Below are positions 38,286 through 52,646 of a stretch of 64,000 bases of DNA, in pieces. Source of the stretch: Camelus dromedarius. Taxonomy: Eukaryota. The stretch is from assembly GCF_036321535.1 (NCBI RefSeq), contig NC_087436.1:62870001-62934000 (forward strand), read 5' to 3'. A program made the translations under genes and the position numbers. How positions within the stretch are numbered: the stretch's first letter is position 1; every line of letters begins with the position of its first letter. A model generated the notes under the pieces. It saw nothing but the letters and a program-made list of their open reading frames with translations, ran no database searches and was not told the DNA's origin.

Positions 38286-39289
38286 GTGGAGCCATATTCA
38301 AAGAGAAAGAGTCCTCTTCTGATACAGCTTTTTACTGCCCAGGATGAATGGCTGCTCCAGGGAGAAGCAAAAGGTACAAAACTGTAATTCTTCATCCCAA
38401 CACTCAATATCCAATGTTGAGTCTATCTTACACAACAAAATTTATCTTTCTCCTAAGTTGATTTTCTCTTAAAAAAAAATTCCTTTTTAGTGTCTTACAA
38501 TCTGTCCTGTATCAAGTTATACTGTCTGCTATCAACACGTGTACAGGTCTGAAGTAAAGTTAATGACTTGGTCCAATGCTTCCTAATTGTGTACCTGAGT
38601 CCAAACATATGAGAGGCCTGTTTAGTGACTTAGAACATGACTGTTAAGGAAACATTGATGTTTTTCCATAAGAAATATCCCTTGTTACACATTTTGAAAA
38701 CTTTTTCGCAACTTTAGTGCTTATATCATGGACTAAACTAAGTGGTTTCCTCAAGAAAGGTGTGCATGACCACTTTAATCATTGGTTCCTCATTAGGAAT
38801 AGATCCAGATCTGAAAATGTTAATAGAAACATTCATCTCCAATTTCAAGTTAGTTCCACACTTATCATTCCAAAATCCACTTCAAATCCTCTAAGGAAGG
38901 GGAAGAATGTGATGATGGGTAAAGGAAAATGACAAGGAGGTTCTCTTGCTGCTGCTGAATCCATGATAGTGAAATTCTTGTTCTTTCAGATCAGGTCACT
39001 ATGGTAACCAACAGAGAAGGACTATATCACCATCAAACTGCCTCACTATCTGGAAAAGCTGGGACGTGTTTATATTTCTTTTTTTCAATTGGTTTAAAAT
39101 TTATATGAGATGACTTCCTGGAGCCTTATCTAACTCAACCTTGTCTATTTGTAGTCAAACTTTAATTAGCCTTGTCCTAGTAGTCCAATATTCTGGGGAA
39201 CACATGAAATGTTCGTTCAAGAGGAAGTACACATTTGCAAAAGGATTAAGTTCAATGAGTTCCCTAGCCAATAAAAATTATGCTTTGGA

Positions 39290-39460
39290 ATATGCACATA
39301 TATATGTGTGATTTGTTTGTATGTGTGAATAATATATTTAACTAAGTATAAATACACATATTTAATATATATTTAAGTAAATATTTAAATATACAAATAA
39401 ATGTATAAATAAGTTTGTATGTGTCTTAGTATATGTGGGTGTACACGTGTGTGTGTAAGG
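39290..39460. repeat. TA/TG low-complexity tract
   Basis: atatatatgtgtg...gtgtgtgtgt. Confidence 0.6.
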
Positions 39461-40357
39461 AAGAAGGGGATGAATGCCAACACATGGAATGTTAACATTC
39501 CCACAAATTTCAGAGATTTTCCCATTGTTTCCAATAGGGCATCCTACACATAGACACAGATGTACACAGATATGCACCTAAGTTGACACTGAGTTTTAAA
39601 TTCCTAGGATGGGACATCTGCCCTCTCTTTGTTACCTGAATAATGGGCTCTAATTCTCAGAGCAAAGAAGGCAATGTCTCAACAGATACTATGTAACATG
39701 GACATACTTCTATTTTTTGTATGCTTTCTCATTTTAAATTTCTAAGTATATATTAGCTTGTGAACCAAACAATCAATGGTTACAAAGATGCCTGGAAAAT
39801 AGTAGCCACGCAATATAAAATAATATTGAAACTCAACTTTTATATAGAAGTTATATTTTGTCTAATGCCTAATATATGGTTTATAGCTGACTTTAATGCT
39901 GTCTCCGTGCTTCCTACAGTGAGTGCTAAGATTGTACTATATCTTATATGAAGAACACATAATATGTAACTAGTACCTTTTCAAATGTCTCTTTCATTTT
40001 ATCAGAAGTGTTAAAACTGATCCAAATAGACAGCAGCTACCACATTTAGAATCCATAGGTTTGGGTATTAATTTACTATGAGAATTGCACCCTAGAGACT
40101 AGACACAAGGCATTAGAGAACTGAGCAATAATAATAGCAGAAAAGGAGATTCTTTAGCAAGAATAAAGTGTCTCTGAATAAAAAAAGTGTGGCTCTAAGT
40201 GATACTTTCTACCCACATCCTATGTGATTAGTATATATGTCACTAATTGTGCTGTAGATTTTATGAACATATAAATCAAACAATACTATTTCATTCATCC
40301 TAATTAGTTAGCACTACTGTCCTTAGATACAAAATAAAAGAAAAAGAAAAAGTTTAC

Positions 40358-40552
40358 ATTCCTAGTACTTATTTACCTTAAAACTGAAAGTCTGACCACC
40401 TTTCATCCTATTCCTCTGATAACCATAAGTCTGACCTCATTTTCTATGAGTTTGTTTTCTGAAATATAAGTGACATACAACACTGTGTTAGTTCCTGGTG
40501 CACAGCATAGTGATTTGATACTTCCATACACTACAAAAATAATTATGTCACA
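40358..40552 (-). mobile_element. L1 3' UTR fragment (L1MA9-like or Laurasiatherian)
   Basis: ctctgataaccataagtctgacctc...gacatacaacactgtgttagttcctggtgcacagcatagtgatttgata. Confidence 0.7.
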
Positions 40553-40571
40553 TTATTGAAAAGTTAAAGTA

Positions 40572-40800
40572 ATAAGATAGTTACATTTATTGATCATTTA
40601 CTAAGTACCCATATTACTTTATATGTGTTATTGGTAATTCTCTTCAGAGTAGATATTACTGTTCAAATTTTACAAAAGAGGATAAAGAGACTCAAAGACT
40701 AAATCCTTTCCACATACTCAATTAGCTAGTAAGTGGTAAAGTCAAGATCTAAAACTATAGGTTTCCAACTCCAAATTTATGTCTGTTATTATTCCATTCC
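40572..40800 (-). mobile_element. MIR
   Basis: catttattgatcatttactaagtacc...gtagatattact...gctagtaagtggtaaagtcaagat. Confidence 0.7.
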
Positions 40801-42214
40801 AACCTAATCATTGCCAGAAGAGTTTTCTATGCCCATAAAGCATCCTTTGGTGTGCACAAGATTTCTCAATGTTTGATTACAGTATTTTGCTTTTGGAAGA
40901 GAAGAAAGGAGAGCAAGTGGGAGCCTCTCGATGGGAAAATAGGCAGACTTTTAAAAAATAATTACTTCATGCTAAAGAAAAAAGTGTTCATCATAAAACA
41001 TCATTTGCCTAGGAAGGTACTGCTCTGAGTAAATGTATCAGCAATAAAGTTGTATGAGACTAGTTTACAGGCATATTTTCCATCCCAGTATTCGTTAAAC
41101 TTTGTTTTCCTAAGTGAGATGGAACAGCTAAGACAGTAATAGCTAGACACCAGTTCCTCTGAATGAGTCATCTGTGAACATGATGCAAGGAGGAGCAAGC
41201 TGCTCTGTTCACGCTGGGGTAGACCAAGTGGAGAAGAGCCACTGCTTTTGTAGATGGTAGAGGAGAGGGAACACCATCCAAGAACTGAGATACAGGCTGG
41301 TGCGTCCTTTCCCTGGTACCCTATTTTGTTTCTGCACACATCTTGGTAACCTTGGGCATGATTCAAAATTCCTCTATTTCAAGGGGAACCACTAATACAG
41401 ATAGAGTCGTTAATGCCATCTACAGGCTTAGGTGGTATTCAAGGGCTCTGTGAGTGTCTCACACTGTAAACAAGAGTGAGGGGAAGTCAATGAGTGGTTG
41501 GTAAACCTTTTTCTTTGGTCTACTACTCACAGTTAATAAATCTATCTTCTTTATGTAAGGGGTTGGTTTGATTGCTCAATATACAGATAAAAATTTGTCT
41601 GCAACCCAGAAATCTGTCTTTAAATTTCTTAAATTAAAAGTTAGTCTACAACACAGGGAGTTTTATATTTTTGATTAATTTTCCCCCCAGCTTTATATCA
41701 TCACGTTTTTTAAGCTATGCTGTTAGTATCAAAACTATATAAATTTTACAGATGATAATATTCAGGTAGCAAACTACACACCTTATTTTTTCTGGTATTT
41801 CTGACAAAAGTATTTTTGGTGTAATTCATCTGATTGTTTTTATCCTTGACTATGCAAATGCATGCTTGGATCATAACTGAAGTTGGGTTTATTCGGGGCT
41901 TCCAAAATAAACAATGTTTACTTTGTTGGTTATATATTAAAGTATTATTTCAAATGATGTTTGATCCCAAATCTATGCAGTTCTTACTATTAATACCTAC
42001 ATAAAAGATAAATCCTTGATTGCATATATTTTTATATTTGCTACTGCCTAACCCAGATTTTTTTGAATCCAATAAGGAGCTCAATTAGCAATTTATATAC
42101 TCAAAAGTAATTTTGTATTCTTAAATATTAAAGGCATATAAAAACATTTCACATTTGCTTCTTAAAATATATATTAATGTCTATTTTATTTTATTTTTTT
42201 CTATTTTATTTACT

Positions 42215-42628
42215 ACTTTTCCAGTTTTATTGGGATACAGTTGACATATAACATTGTGTAATTGGATTTGTGTATGCATTGCAAAATGATTACCACAATA
42301 GTTAGTTAACACATTCATCACCTCATATAATTACCTTTTTTTTATGGTGAGAACATTTAAGATTTACTCTTTTAGTAACTTTGAAGTGTACAATACAGTA
42401 TTGTTAACTATAGTCACCATGCTGACTATGAGATGTTCAAAACTTACTCATCTTATTACTGGAAATTTCTCTCCTTAGACCAACACCTTCCCATTTTCCC
42501 CAGCCTCCAGCCCCTGATAACTACCATTCTACCCTGTTTCTATGAGTTTGGCTTTTTCACAGATTCTACATATGAGATCATATAGTATTTGTCTTTCTCT
42601 GTCTGATTTTATTTTACTTAGCATAATT
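42215..42628 (-). mobile_element. L1MA9-like 3' end
   Basis: ggtgagaacatttaagatttactct...caatacagtattgttaactatagtcaccatgctg...tttgtctttctctgtctga. Confidence 0.9.
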
Positions 42629-43692
42629 GTTTGGCTATGTTTAATTACACAATATGATGTAGTACAAATCAAAAATCAATGTAGCAGCAACTAATATTAT
42701 CAATTTTATGTAAGTACTTTTTTCAGGTTAGAAGCAAGAGCAAGTTAAGTTACCAAAGGAGTACAGCACAGCTGATGTATTATTTTGCATGTAGGACTTA
42801 AATGACTATTAAATCCAGATAATATTTGTGAAAATTAAGACATTGGTTAAATTACAGAATCCCTGACAACTTACAGAATGTTGACTGATAGTGAGAATCA
42901 TCATATACTCTTATTTCTTACTTTCCAATTCAATTTAGAGACTGTATATAATACCTAACACCAATTATGGTGTCATACATCTGTACTTGGATCTATACAT
43001 GGTAATGTTTTGCATTTATGAATGAGTTTCCTGAATTACATTACTAAAACTAAATTCCCATATCTAGAAAGATTACAGTTCTCAAATTTCTGTAACCCTT
43101 GTGTCTATGAGCAGTTGCACACCTAGAATGATACCAGATAGGAGATGGGAAGGGGTGAGGTTGGTCAGGATGTCATGCCTGCAACGCTTGGTGGCATCTA
43201 CCACAAATCAAGATTTGGAGATTACATGTCACTCTTGATACACTGAGACCTTATGGTAGTCAGAGTTCCATGAAATTTAAAAGAAGCCATCCATGTAATG
43301 ACACTATCCTGGTGTTATTAATATTATACATTTTAGGATGAAATTTTCCACTCAAGCATTGTGAACCGGAATCCACCTGGTGCCACTGTGACCTCTATAA
43401 GACATAGCTGGTGAAAAGTTATGTATAAGCTTCTAAGATTGTTCACTTGTTTATTTTTCCCACAGGACAGAATAAGAGAGTAAATCCTGCTGACACTTGC
43501 CCAGAAACCTTCCTTCCATCACAATTTTTCTGAGAGGTAGAGGATTTCAGAAAGATGATAAAACAGAACAAAAAATACGAATTCCTTTGTATACGAATAA
43601 AACTGAAGTTGCAATATGGAAAACAGTTTGTCCCAGGTTTGTACAGTCTTACTTCGATTAGAGGTCAGCAGAGTCCTGCCCTCAATGATCAA

Positions 43693-43823
43693 TAGAGTGC
43701 CTATTAGTTATAGTTTGTCTGGAACAGCCAGGGTAGTTCTGTCCTGTTCTCTAGGCATAATTATTAATACTCCTGCTTTCATCCTTGCATACTATAGTGG
43801 GTAATAAGTTATATAATCACACC
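43693..43823 (-). mobile_element. MER94-like hAT-Blackjack non-autonomous element
   Basis: Reverse strand gtgattatataacttatt...gtattaataattatgcc...ctgttccagacaaac fits the roughly 130-bp MER94 layout. Confidence 0.65.
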
Positions 43824-44204
43824 ACTTAGAAGACCATTGTGAAATTTCTTCTCCCGATTTCATGGCCTGATACAAAGATCTCCAGTTCCCTGCCCAAGAG
43901 AATTCTGATCAGTGCTCTCTTTCATGAGTACTATGGGAATCTTAGGTGGGGCCTAATGTCCTAAGAACTCCTTTCTTATGAAGGAATCCAGTCTCAATAC
44001 TTCAATTACATGATAGAATAGAAAAAGGCTTGGTCATTCGAGTGGGGAATAACCTAGGTTTACATTTCAGCTTTTATACTAGAAGCTGCTACTCTTTTTT
44101 TTTCTCTTACAAAAGGTTTTAATTTACTAACCAAATATATGATTTATTATTTATAACCTTCTTTTTCTTATTCCCTGTATTTTTTAAGAAGGCAAGTGGT
44201 TTTT

Positions 44205-44400
44205 AAAATTTCTGTTTGTTCACTATATATCTCTTAGTTCTGGAAACAATGCTTTCATACAGCAGGCGGCCAATAAATATTTGTTAAATGAAGAGAAATA
44301 AGGGATGATTTGGGGCCATCGGTTTCCATAGTGATGAGGAGTAAATGTGATAACATGTGTAAGTTTTTGAGAATGTAGCAGGCTCTAAATAACTAAGTTT
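44205..44400 (+). mobile_element. L2 3' end followed by MIR fragment
   Basis: tctgtttgttcact...caataaatatttgttaaatgaa; gtgatgaggagtaaatgtgataacatgtgtaa. Confidence 0.65.
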
Positions 44401-44600
44401 TCCTTCTCCTAAAGCACTTGCCAGAAGTGTTTAATATTTTTTAGTTAAACAAAAACAACTACCAAAACTTGTTTGGCCATAGTTATATGTATCTTGTTAA
44501 ATTTATCTACTCTTTTTATTATATCATTCACTCTTATTATTTCACCTAAGTGAGTTAAGCTTTCAAAATGCTTAATTTAAGGCTATTAAAATACAGAGAC

Positions 44601-45350
44601 TGAAACCGAATCCCCAAAACTGAGTCCCTCTGCTGCATCTGTGATTAACCTCTCTATCTAAAACTGTATTCCCTTTCTTGACCTGCCCCTGTTACCTACA
44701 GAATTGAGATGTATCAAAGAAAAGGGGAATTGAAACCAAGTAGGAAGGACATTGTGGGGGTCCTCCTGGGTACAAAAGTCCCCTGTGAAAAAAGAAAAAA
44801 GGTTTTAGTCTCCTAGGCCTTCCTTGAGTTCCAAAAAGCAGACTCAAGCAGTTACTAACTAGCGAAGTGACAGAATACAGAAACAAAGGACAAGCAGTTA
44901 AGCAAGAAAGCTTGAACAATAGTTCAGCAATAAAACAAGATTCTAGTTCCTCCTCAAAGTATATACATAACAACCTGATGCATATCTTGAGTTGTTCTGC
45001 AGAAACTAAGACCCACCCACCCCCAAGTGGAGGATGGTGACTACTTGCTGACAACAAGAATGTCCACCCCAGACTCGTTAGAACAAAAAGGTTGATGATT
45101 AAGATATCCTGTTACCTCAGCACCAGCCAACCAGAAAAAAGTCCATGAGCTGCAACCTTCACCCCAGATGTTGCCTCTAAAATCGTTTCCCTGAAAGCCA
45201 ACAGGGAGTTCTGGTCTTTGAGCATGGGCCGCCTGCCTTCTTTGCTTGGTGCCCAGCAATAAACACAGTACTTTCCTTTACCACGAGCGGTGTCAGTAGA
45301 TTGGCTTTGCCATGCAGTGGACAAGCAGACCCAAGTTCTGTTTGGTAACA
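44601..45350 (+). mobile_element. ERV1 solo LTR (MER41-like cetartiodactyl type)
   Basis: TGAAACC...GGTAACA; TSD AGAC at 44597-44600 and 45351-45354; AATAAA at 45258. Confidence 0.85.
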
Positions 45351-45759
45351 AGACTATAGGTCTCTGCTTTAAAAAAAGAATACATCCATGAGGTGCTGAC
45401 GGCATTTCCAGATAGATGCTCAAAATAACCCAGATGATGTATTTTACTAAAATATTGCCTTCTAGACAAATTTTTCAATCTTACATGATAAAAAAAAAAG
45501 TCAGAAATTCAGATTAGCATACAGCTTTTGCTCCCCACAACACTGCCAAGGCCAGTTCCCAAAAGTGGTTCAAGATGATAATTTATAAAGTATTTTTAAT
45601 CTCCAGGGCCATAAATACATGAAAACATTTTGCATTCTTTATTATACTAATCTCTGGCATTGTCTAATCTCCCAGCTGGCCTGTTGCACTACCACTGAAG
45701 AGGTCTGGGGTATAAAGTGTCTCCCAGGGAGTTTTCATCAGTAAAAACTTTCTGTATGG

Positions 45760-46470
45760 TAAATAGTATTGTAAGCAAATCAAAACAAAAATGACAAGCT
45801 AGAAAAAACACTGTTTGAACAAACACAATAAATTGATAATTTTCTCAATTTTTAGAAAGAATACAACTCATTCAAACAAGGAAAAGTAAAAAAACCCCCC
45901 AAAAACAAAAAAACCCAGCAATAACAAAAACCAAACAAACACAACATACCCAACAGAACAATAGGCAAAGCATATTATGAGATAATTTATATAAAAAAAA
46001 ATTATTATCTAACAAACATATAAACAGATGGCCAATTCTATGCATAACTAAAGGAATGCAAATAATTTTTACCAATATAGCTTAAAATGTATGAAAATGT
46101 TACTGATACCAAATGTTATTTAGGGTGTGGGGCAATGTAGTTAAATTAAATTAACCCCTGTACTTCTGATGGTAGTCTAGCTTTGTACAGATTTTTAATG
46201 ATTATTTACAATGATTTAAAGTGAGAGACCATGACCTAATATTCTAATCTTTCTCACTTGCGTTAAAGAATCACTCACATGTGTGCATAAGACAGCTTGT
46301 GAAAGATTCTCATTTTAACACTGCTTATATTGTCTACACATTGGAAACATTAGATATTAGTTAATAGGTACTTGATAAAATACAATGAAACACCAAATAT
46401 CTATCTAAAAGAATAGGAGAGTTGTGATACGAAAACATCACCAACCTATATTATTAAAGGAAAAAGCACA
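45760..46470 (+). mobile_element. Old L1 (L1ME-like) ORF2 end
   Basis: caacagaacaataggcaaagca...aacaaacatataaacagatg...aaaggaatgcaaat. Confidence 0.7.
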
Positions 46471-46479
46471 ATGTTGATA

Positions 46480-46690
46480 TTTACTATATCCCAGAGTCTT
46501 TCACAAGAATTTTCTAATGTATTCCCACAACATCCCTATGGGCTAGTATTCTAGTATGTTTTCATTTTACAAAAGAGGAAACTAAAGCTTTTTTTTTTTT
46601 TTTGGTGTGGGTAGTACTTACTCAAGATCACAGAGATAAATACTGTGCAGTAAGTGTTTTGATTATAAACAATGTATATTCAGTCACTAT
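46480..46690 (-). mobile_element. MIR
   Basis: cacaacatccctatg...cattttacaaaagaggaaactaaagct...ctcaagatcacagag. Confidence 0.7.
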
Positions 46691-47394
46691 AATGTACTTT
46701 CTTAAAGTATCTGTTTCTGTATCCTAGTTTGTTCCATAAACTGAATTCTACTTTCAGGTGATGATATTACACTGTCATAATTATTAGGAAAAGAATTTTG
46801 ATGGATGATTCATTTGACATTTAATGTTCCACATAAATGTTAAGATCAGAAAACAATTGAAATTTTAATGGAGTTGCTATAAATGTGTACGTTAGTGTTT
46901 GGAGAGTTATTATTTATACACTTTTGAATCTTTCCATGGTATTTGTTCAGATCTTTCTCATTGTTGATATCATTCTTTTTCTTCTTTTTTTCTTGATATG
47001 TGTCTTGCACATTTACTGAAAAGTTGATGTCTTATTATTTTGTATTTATGATTTTATTCTGTCTACCAGAATTTCCCTTCTGTCATAGCAAATGTATTTT
47101 TAAAAAAATTGTTGCTGTTTTATTTACCGGAGTGTACATACAGTTATAAAGATTTCAGCCAATCACTGATCACTTCCATCTCTCTCAGCTGTCTTTTTCA
47201 CTATAAGGTCTTCAACTGCAAATTCTCCTACCACAAGCATTTTCAGAGCCCAGCTCCCAAAGTTGAAGAGACCGTAATTAATTTCTCATCACTGTATAAT
47301 TTTCCTGAAAGGAGCTGATTTTTTTGTTTGTTTTTTCATCTTTATTAATGTATAATTGACTAATATAAATTATATATATATTTAAGATGTACAG

Positions 47395-47491
47395 TTTGAA
47401 TCAGAATAGGGATTTTGTGAGGCCTTGGTATTTATGCTTTAACAAGCCCTCCCAGGTGATTCCTATATGCATAATAGTTTGAAAATTACTG
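47395..47491. mobile_element. MER5A-like hAT fragment, preceded by a short minus-strand L1 tail (~47320-47394)
   Basis: tgaatcagaa...tttaacaagccctcccaggtgattcctatatgca...agtttgaaaattactg. Confidence 0.75.
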
Positions 47492-47519
47492 CATTTGTCT
47501 CCAATCATTTTGACTTAAT

Positions 47520-47890
47520 ATACCATGCTGCTTTACCTGGGTGATTTAGTTCATATTTGTTCTCTCTGCTTATAGTTTCTCTCTTACTCATTTCTTCCTT
47601 TATTTTTCCCCAAACTCTTCTTGGTTAAAACCTACTGATCTTTTAAGATGCAGATCTTGCTAGACTTCTATTAGGAAGTTTTCTCCGGTCTCTCCCAGAT
47701 AGAATCTGGCACTTCTCTCTTTTCAGACCTTTTCAACAACTACGTAAGCGTCGCATAAAACTACTAATTTTATTGTGCCATTTGTTCATTTATCTTTCTT
47801 AAAAAGACACTACCTCATTCTTTATGGCATCTCTGTTGTTTGCTACAACAGTGCCAGACAAGTTTTAGATGCTGAGTAAATGTTACTTGA
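47520..47890 (+). mobile_element. L2 fragment
   Basis: cctactgatcttttaagatgcag...aggaagttttctc...gatgctgagtaaatgttacttga. Confidence 0.6.
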
Positions 47891-50164
47891 CCTCATTAAT
47901 TGGAAAAAAGAAATCATTTCAGAAACTGGTAAATTTTGCTAAGTTTTGACCTCATGGAAATAATACAATAGGAAGTAAATCAGCTTATTTTTTTGTTTCT
48001 ATTTAGTACTCCAACTATCCAAAGAAAAATTGGACTGAAATATATTCAAGGTTATGAGATAATCTCTGAAGTGTTGTAATTTATGGCATCATGGCAGAGC
48101 TGCTACCACGGTAAGTGGAATTACAATTAAATGTGGAACATGATTTTTAATAGACAGATATTTAAGGTTCATTCTAGTCTCCATGTGAGTCCACAATGCA
48201 ACTCATGCCCATCTGTTGTCTTCTTCTTTATTCAATCATTATCAATGGATGCCAAGGAAGAGTTACTACTTCTATGTGAATCTTAGCACAAAGGCTTTAG
48301 ATAATTAAAAATGATAGAATTGGGACAGACTGCTACACATAAACAGAAGGATAAAAAGACATCTGGCACAATTAAGAGTGACTAAACCAGGTTTTTCTGT
48401 AATACAAAGCACGTTGAAACATCATGAAAAACTGAAAACTTTAGTTGAAAGATAAAGCTGCTGATATATAACTTAAAATATTTCTTTTCAATTGAATTTT
48501 TATTAATTGGGACATTTCCATAAAATGAGGCATTTGGGGTTTAGATTTATTCTGCTCCTGCTGTTTATCTCTCAGTTGAAGGCATAATCCTTTGTTTGCA
48601 ACACTGAAATTGGCTTATGTAGAGATGATTATGATGTACGTTCAGAGAATTGTGACTTCAGGTGAGAAAGAAGCAGCAGGAACAGATGAACTCTTAGCAA
48701 CAGAAAAACCATTTTCATGCAAATATCCCCACAGTGGCAGAAAGATGAGAAAAGAGAATTATAGAACACAGAAGGCTTACAAAAATATTATTTCATAATA
48801 TTGAATCATTTTCTATTTTTCATGTAGAATAATCAATCAGAGGGTTTTTAGAAATATACTTGTATGTCTCTATAAATACTATTAAACCAGTTCTCCAAGA
48901 GAAATTATATTCACTTGTTTCTGTTACTAAATCAAATACATTATCAGCAGGAATGCCTGTTCAGGTAGCTTTTGAAAATCAGGACTAGAAGTAGTTCTAT
49001 AGTTTAAGAATTTGGATTCCAGGAAGCAAATTCATTCAGTAAACTGAGAACTTGAGATGTTTGATGAGATGTGTTTGGCCATTTTGTAAAAAAAAGTCTG
49101 TTTTTAAGAAAGGAAAAAGAATTGGAAGGCAGAGTCATCTGAACTAGGTATAGTTGCATATACTACCCAAACTGTAACAAGACAACCAACAGTCTAAACA
49201 GACTAAACCTTAATAGTGTCCTGGAATTTATTGTTAATCTTGCCATTTGTCAGTTCTTAAGTAGGGATACAATATGAGAGTCAGGTTGTAGTAATGCCTG
49301 CCATATGTTATTACATATGAGTTTTGGATAAAGTATGCAGAAGGTGTGGGGTTATGCTTTAGGGAAAAAAACTAATAATTTTCAATCATGCAATACTTAG
49401 TTTGTAATTTTTTCTTCATAGATATATGTCATTGACCTAATATAATCATTAGGAGCTTCAATTATATTAGTAAAAGTGGAATAATATCACTCACTCCTGG
49501 CCATACCCACTTTCTTTCAATTAAAACTAAAGATGGGACTCAGGTACTAATCACAGACCAAATGGCACAATGCCAGAGCATGGTTAAGAGCTAGAATCTA
49601 GAGACACAATGTCTAAAGTCAAATCCAGACTCTGCCATTGGATGAAGGAAGTTTGATTACCAGTCCCATCAGGTATACTGTGTTCATAGTAGGAGTGAAA
49701 TGTGGAAGTCATTTCTCCCTCTTTGTCTCTCTCACTCTTGTTCCCTTTCTCTCTGCACCTTTCTGTTTCTTCTTTATAGATAAACCCCTTTACCTGATAT
49801 GGATTCTTATGCCAGTCCTAGCTTATCTCCTACATTTCTGGCTTCTATCCATGTTGACTACAAAATAATCTCATATCCTCAAGGGGACAGATGTGCTGCT
49901 ATCAATCAGTGTTAGAAAAGGGTTATTTCAATTTGTTTCTATGGATAATCTTGAGCATCTCTTCAATGGTAACAATCTTGGCAGTATGAAGTAGTTGCTT
50001 CTACATTTACTAGATCCAAAAAATGTCTTAATCTAAGACATTTTAGTGTTTTTCATTTCCTCTCTTTATTAATCATTGTAACTGCTTACCATTTACCTTC
50101 CTTTGATTTTTGTTTGAATGATTCTGTGTTCCTGATTCTTTCCCTTTTATGTCAATTGGTAGTT

Positions 50165-50760
50165 TGCTAGGAATTTACTGAATACTTACAGTTGATTAGT
50201 CACTAGATCACACTCTATATATTTGGTGGTGAGCAAAAGAGGCATGGTGCCTGCCTTCACAATATGTACAGCTCAGTGCAGGAAAGAAACAGATAAACAT
50301 GTAGCCGTTGTAAAATTTAAGTACCACTGAGGAAAAATGAACAGATAATAAAAGAGCATAATGAAAATGCTTTTGATCAGTCATGAAATGTCTCTCTGTG
50401 AAAGTGATATCTGAGCAGACACTTGAAGGAGTCAGATGGAGAAGTCAGATGTGTGGTTTTGCAGAAGGATATTTTATGAAGGGAGAGAAGTATATACAAA
50501 AATCTTAGGTGGAAAGAGATTGCTTGACTTTTTTTTCTCCTTGTTTTTTAAAGTGTATAAAATGATGTCAATCATTTTGGGTACCAATGGTCAAGGGTAT
50601 CCAAAAATATGAGGTTAGAAAGTTATGCAGGATCTACATACAATAAGACATTGTAATCTATGCTCTGAATGGTACTATTGAAAGCCATGCAGGCAGATTA
50701 GGAGAAGGATAAAGCAAGAGGAGTTTGGCTGTCTGCAAACACAGGGAAGAAGAGTGATAA
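50165..50760 (-). mobile_element. L2 fragment
   Basis: ggtgagcaaaagaggcatggtgcctgccttcac...aagtgatatctgagcagacacttgaagga. Confidence 0.7.
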
Positions 50761-51279
50761 GGTCCTCTTCAAGGAGGTGTCACTTATGCTGAAGTCAGTG
50801 TCAAGCAATGATTTCTTTAAGAACGCCCATCAACTCACTTAGGTGCAGTACTGCTTTATTATTATCAGAACTTTGATGTCACTGCAATATTGTACCTTAA
50901 CTCATAGTAAAGGTGATTTGGTCCTGGCAATGCTTAGGAAACATTAAACAGACCCAAATAGTCATGTAAGTTTATGTCCTATGACCACCAGTTTCTTTCA
51001 TCCCTCTTCAGGAAAAACATCATCTCCATACATGATTTCAGCTTAGGGAACCTGTCTTAACCTTGCTAGCTATAAAACTGTTGTCCTTTGTTAAATCTTG
51101 TCTGTGTTCTAGCTTAAACAAACAAACAAAAAGAAGCTTACCTATAAAGCAGCATAAATCCAGAAGAATTACCAGAACATCCTCACATTTAAAAGTCTAT
51201 TTTTGTCTGCAAAGATTGAATATCAACTTATAAACTCTGTTTTATTTCTATACAGCTTAAAAGTCATATGAATTTATGT

Positions 51280-51900
51280 AAGTAGAATTGAATGGGTGTT
51301 TAATGAAGAAATGAAGCCTACAGACCAGTGAGAAAGATAATCTTTCAAAATATTCAAATAAAGGAAAACTTTTAAGTGTTACAAACGACATGAGAGAAGT
51401 AATAGTGCTATGGAGTGCATAGTAGAAAGGTTTTGTCCAATCAAGGAGTTGTAGGGGAGATTTGCTAAAGAATTGCTGAATAAAGGGAGACCTGTTGGAG
51501 ACAAAGCTACTTAAATGAAGGAGGTGGATGAGTGTCCCTGGCAGGGGGAACAGCAGGCTCCAGAGCCTGACTGTGGGAGTGTGCATGGCCTCGAGTGGGG
51601 AGAAATGGAAGAAAGTGAGTGAGAGTAACACACAGAGAGCAAGGGCATGGATGTGAGATGAGCCCAAGAGCCAAGTAAGGAATCCTGTAACTTGAGCCTT
51701 GAGACCTTGTGAAGGGGTTTGGCTGTTTACCGTTAGAGCACTGGGTTGCTATTGAGATGATCAAGCAGGAGAAAGAAGTAAACAGATTTCCACTTCAGAA
51801 AAAGCCTTCCAACTCCAGTGTGGAGAATGATTCCTTGAGGATAAGACAGTCAACATGGAGATTTCTTCTTTTCTAGAGACCCAGGTAAGAGCTGACTGCT
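51280..51900 (-). mobile_element. L2 fragment
   Basis: ggcagggggaacagcaggctccagagcctg...aagcaggagaaagaag...cagatttccacttcagaaa...gtgtggagaatg. Confidence 0.8.
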
Positions 51901-52646
51901 AATAGATCTATCATTTTCCAAGTACTATTTTATATCTCCAGAAGTTTTACTACATTTTTGAAGGAAAAGAACAGATTTGCTAAACATTTTATAGCCAACC
52001 AATTCTAAAAGCAACCTAAACCAATATAGCATGTAGGATAGTATTTCTTAGTCATTAGACATTTAAGATAATTTTCTAATGTCTTCATGAAATAAGGCCT
52101 ATAATAGACCTGAATTTGAAGATAGGTATTTAACTGAAGAAAGATTTTTCTTATATCAATGCCATTATTTAAAGTGGAAATAAAGGAACATTCAAATGGA
52201 AATTATGTATGAATATTTTGCATATATAGATGAATATGAGCACCAAAAGAAATCTGAATGCTGTATTAATATGACTGTATGTAAGAAGCCTCAGCTATGA
52301 TTAAACTATATTTTTAGATCTGGATAAAAGAAAACAAAAGGGAAACACTAAAGAGCTTAAATTTGTCTTATCCAAAAACCACCCACCACCTCATAAATTC
52401 AAATATATATTTAGGTTCATAAAAAAAAGATGTGATGCCTAAAAGCACAAATCAAGAAATTTAAGTCCCTTTGTTTGCTTTTACTTATCTGATATAACTT
52501 TTAAATGATTTTTTTTTTGTCGGTGTTTTGTTTTCTAGATGGATTGTTATAAAGTGGATCAAAAAAGAATTTATCTGGATTTATTTAAAACTATTGGACA
52601 TTTAAATATTTTATTGCAGCATAAATTCTGACAGATGTTAAGTCTT

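Noticed and set aside
44692..45478. Cluster of minus-strand ORFs
   Set aside because: Antisense readings of the ERV1 LTR
48576..48661. Possible 86-nt exon (ctctcAG ... cag|GTGAGA)
   Set aside because: Stops in all three frames and no other support
51257..51764. 136-aa and 85-aa minus-strand ORFs
   Set aside because: They fall within a decayed L2 fragment
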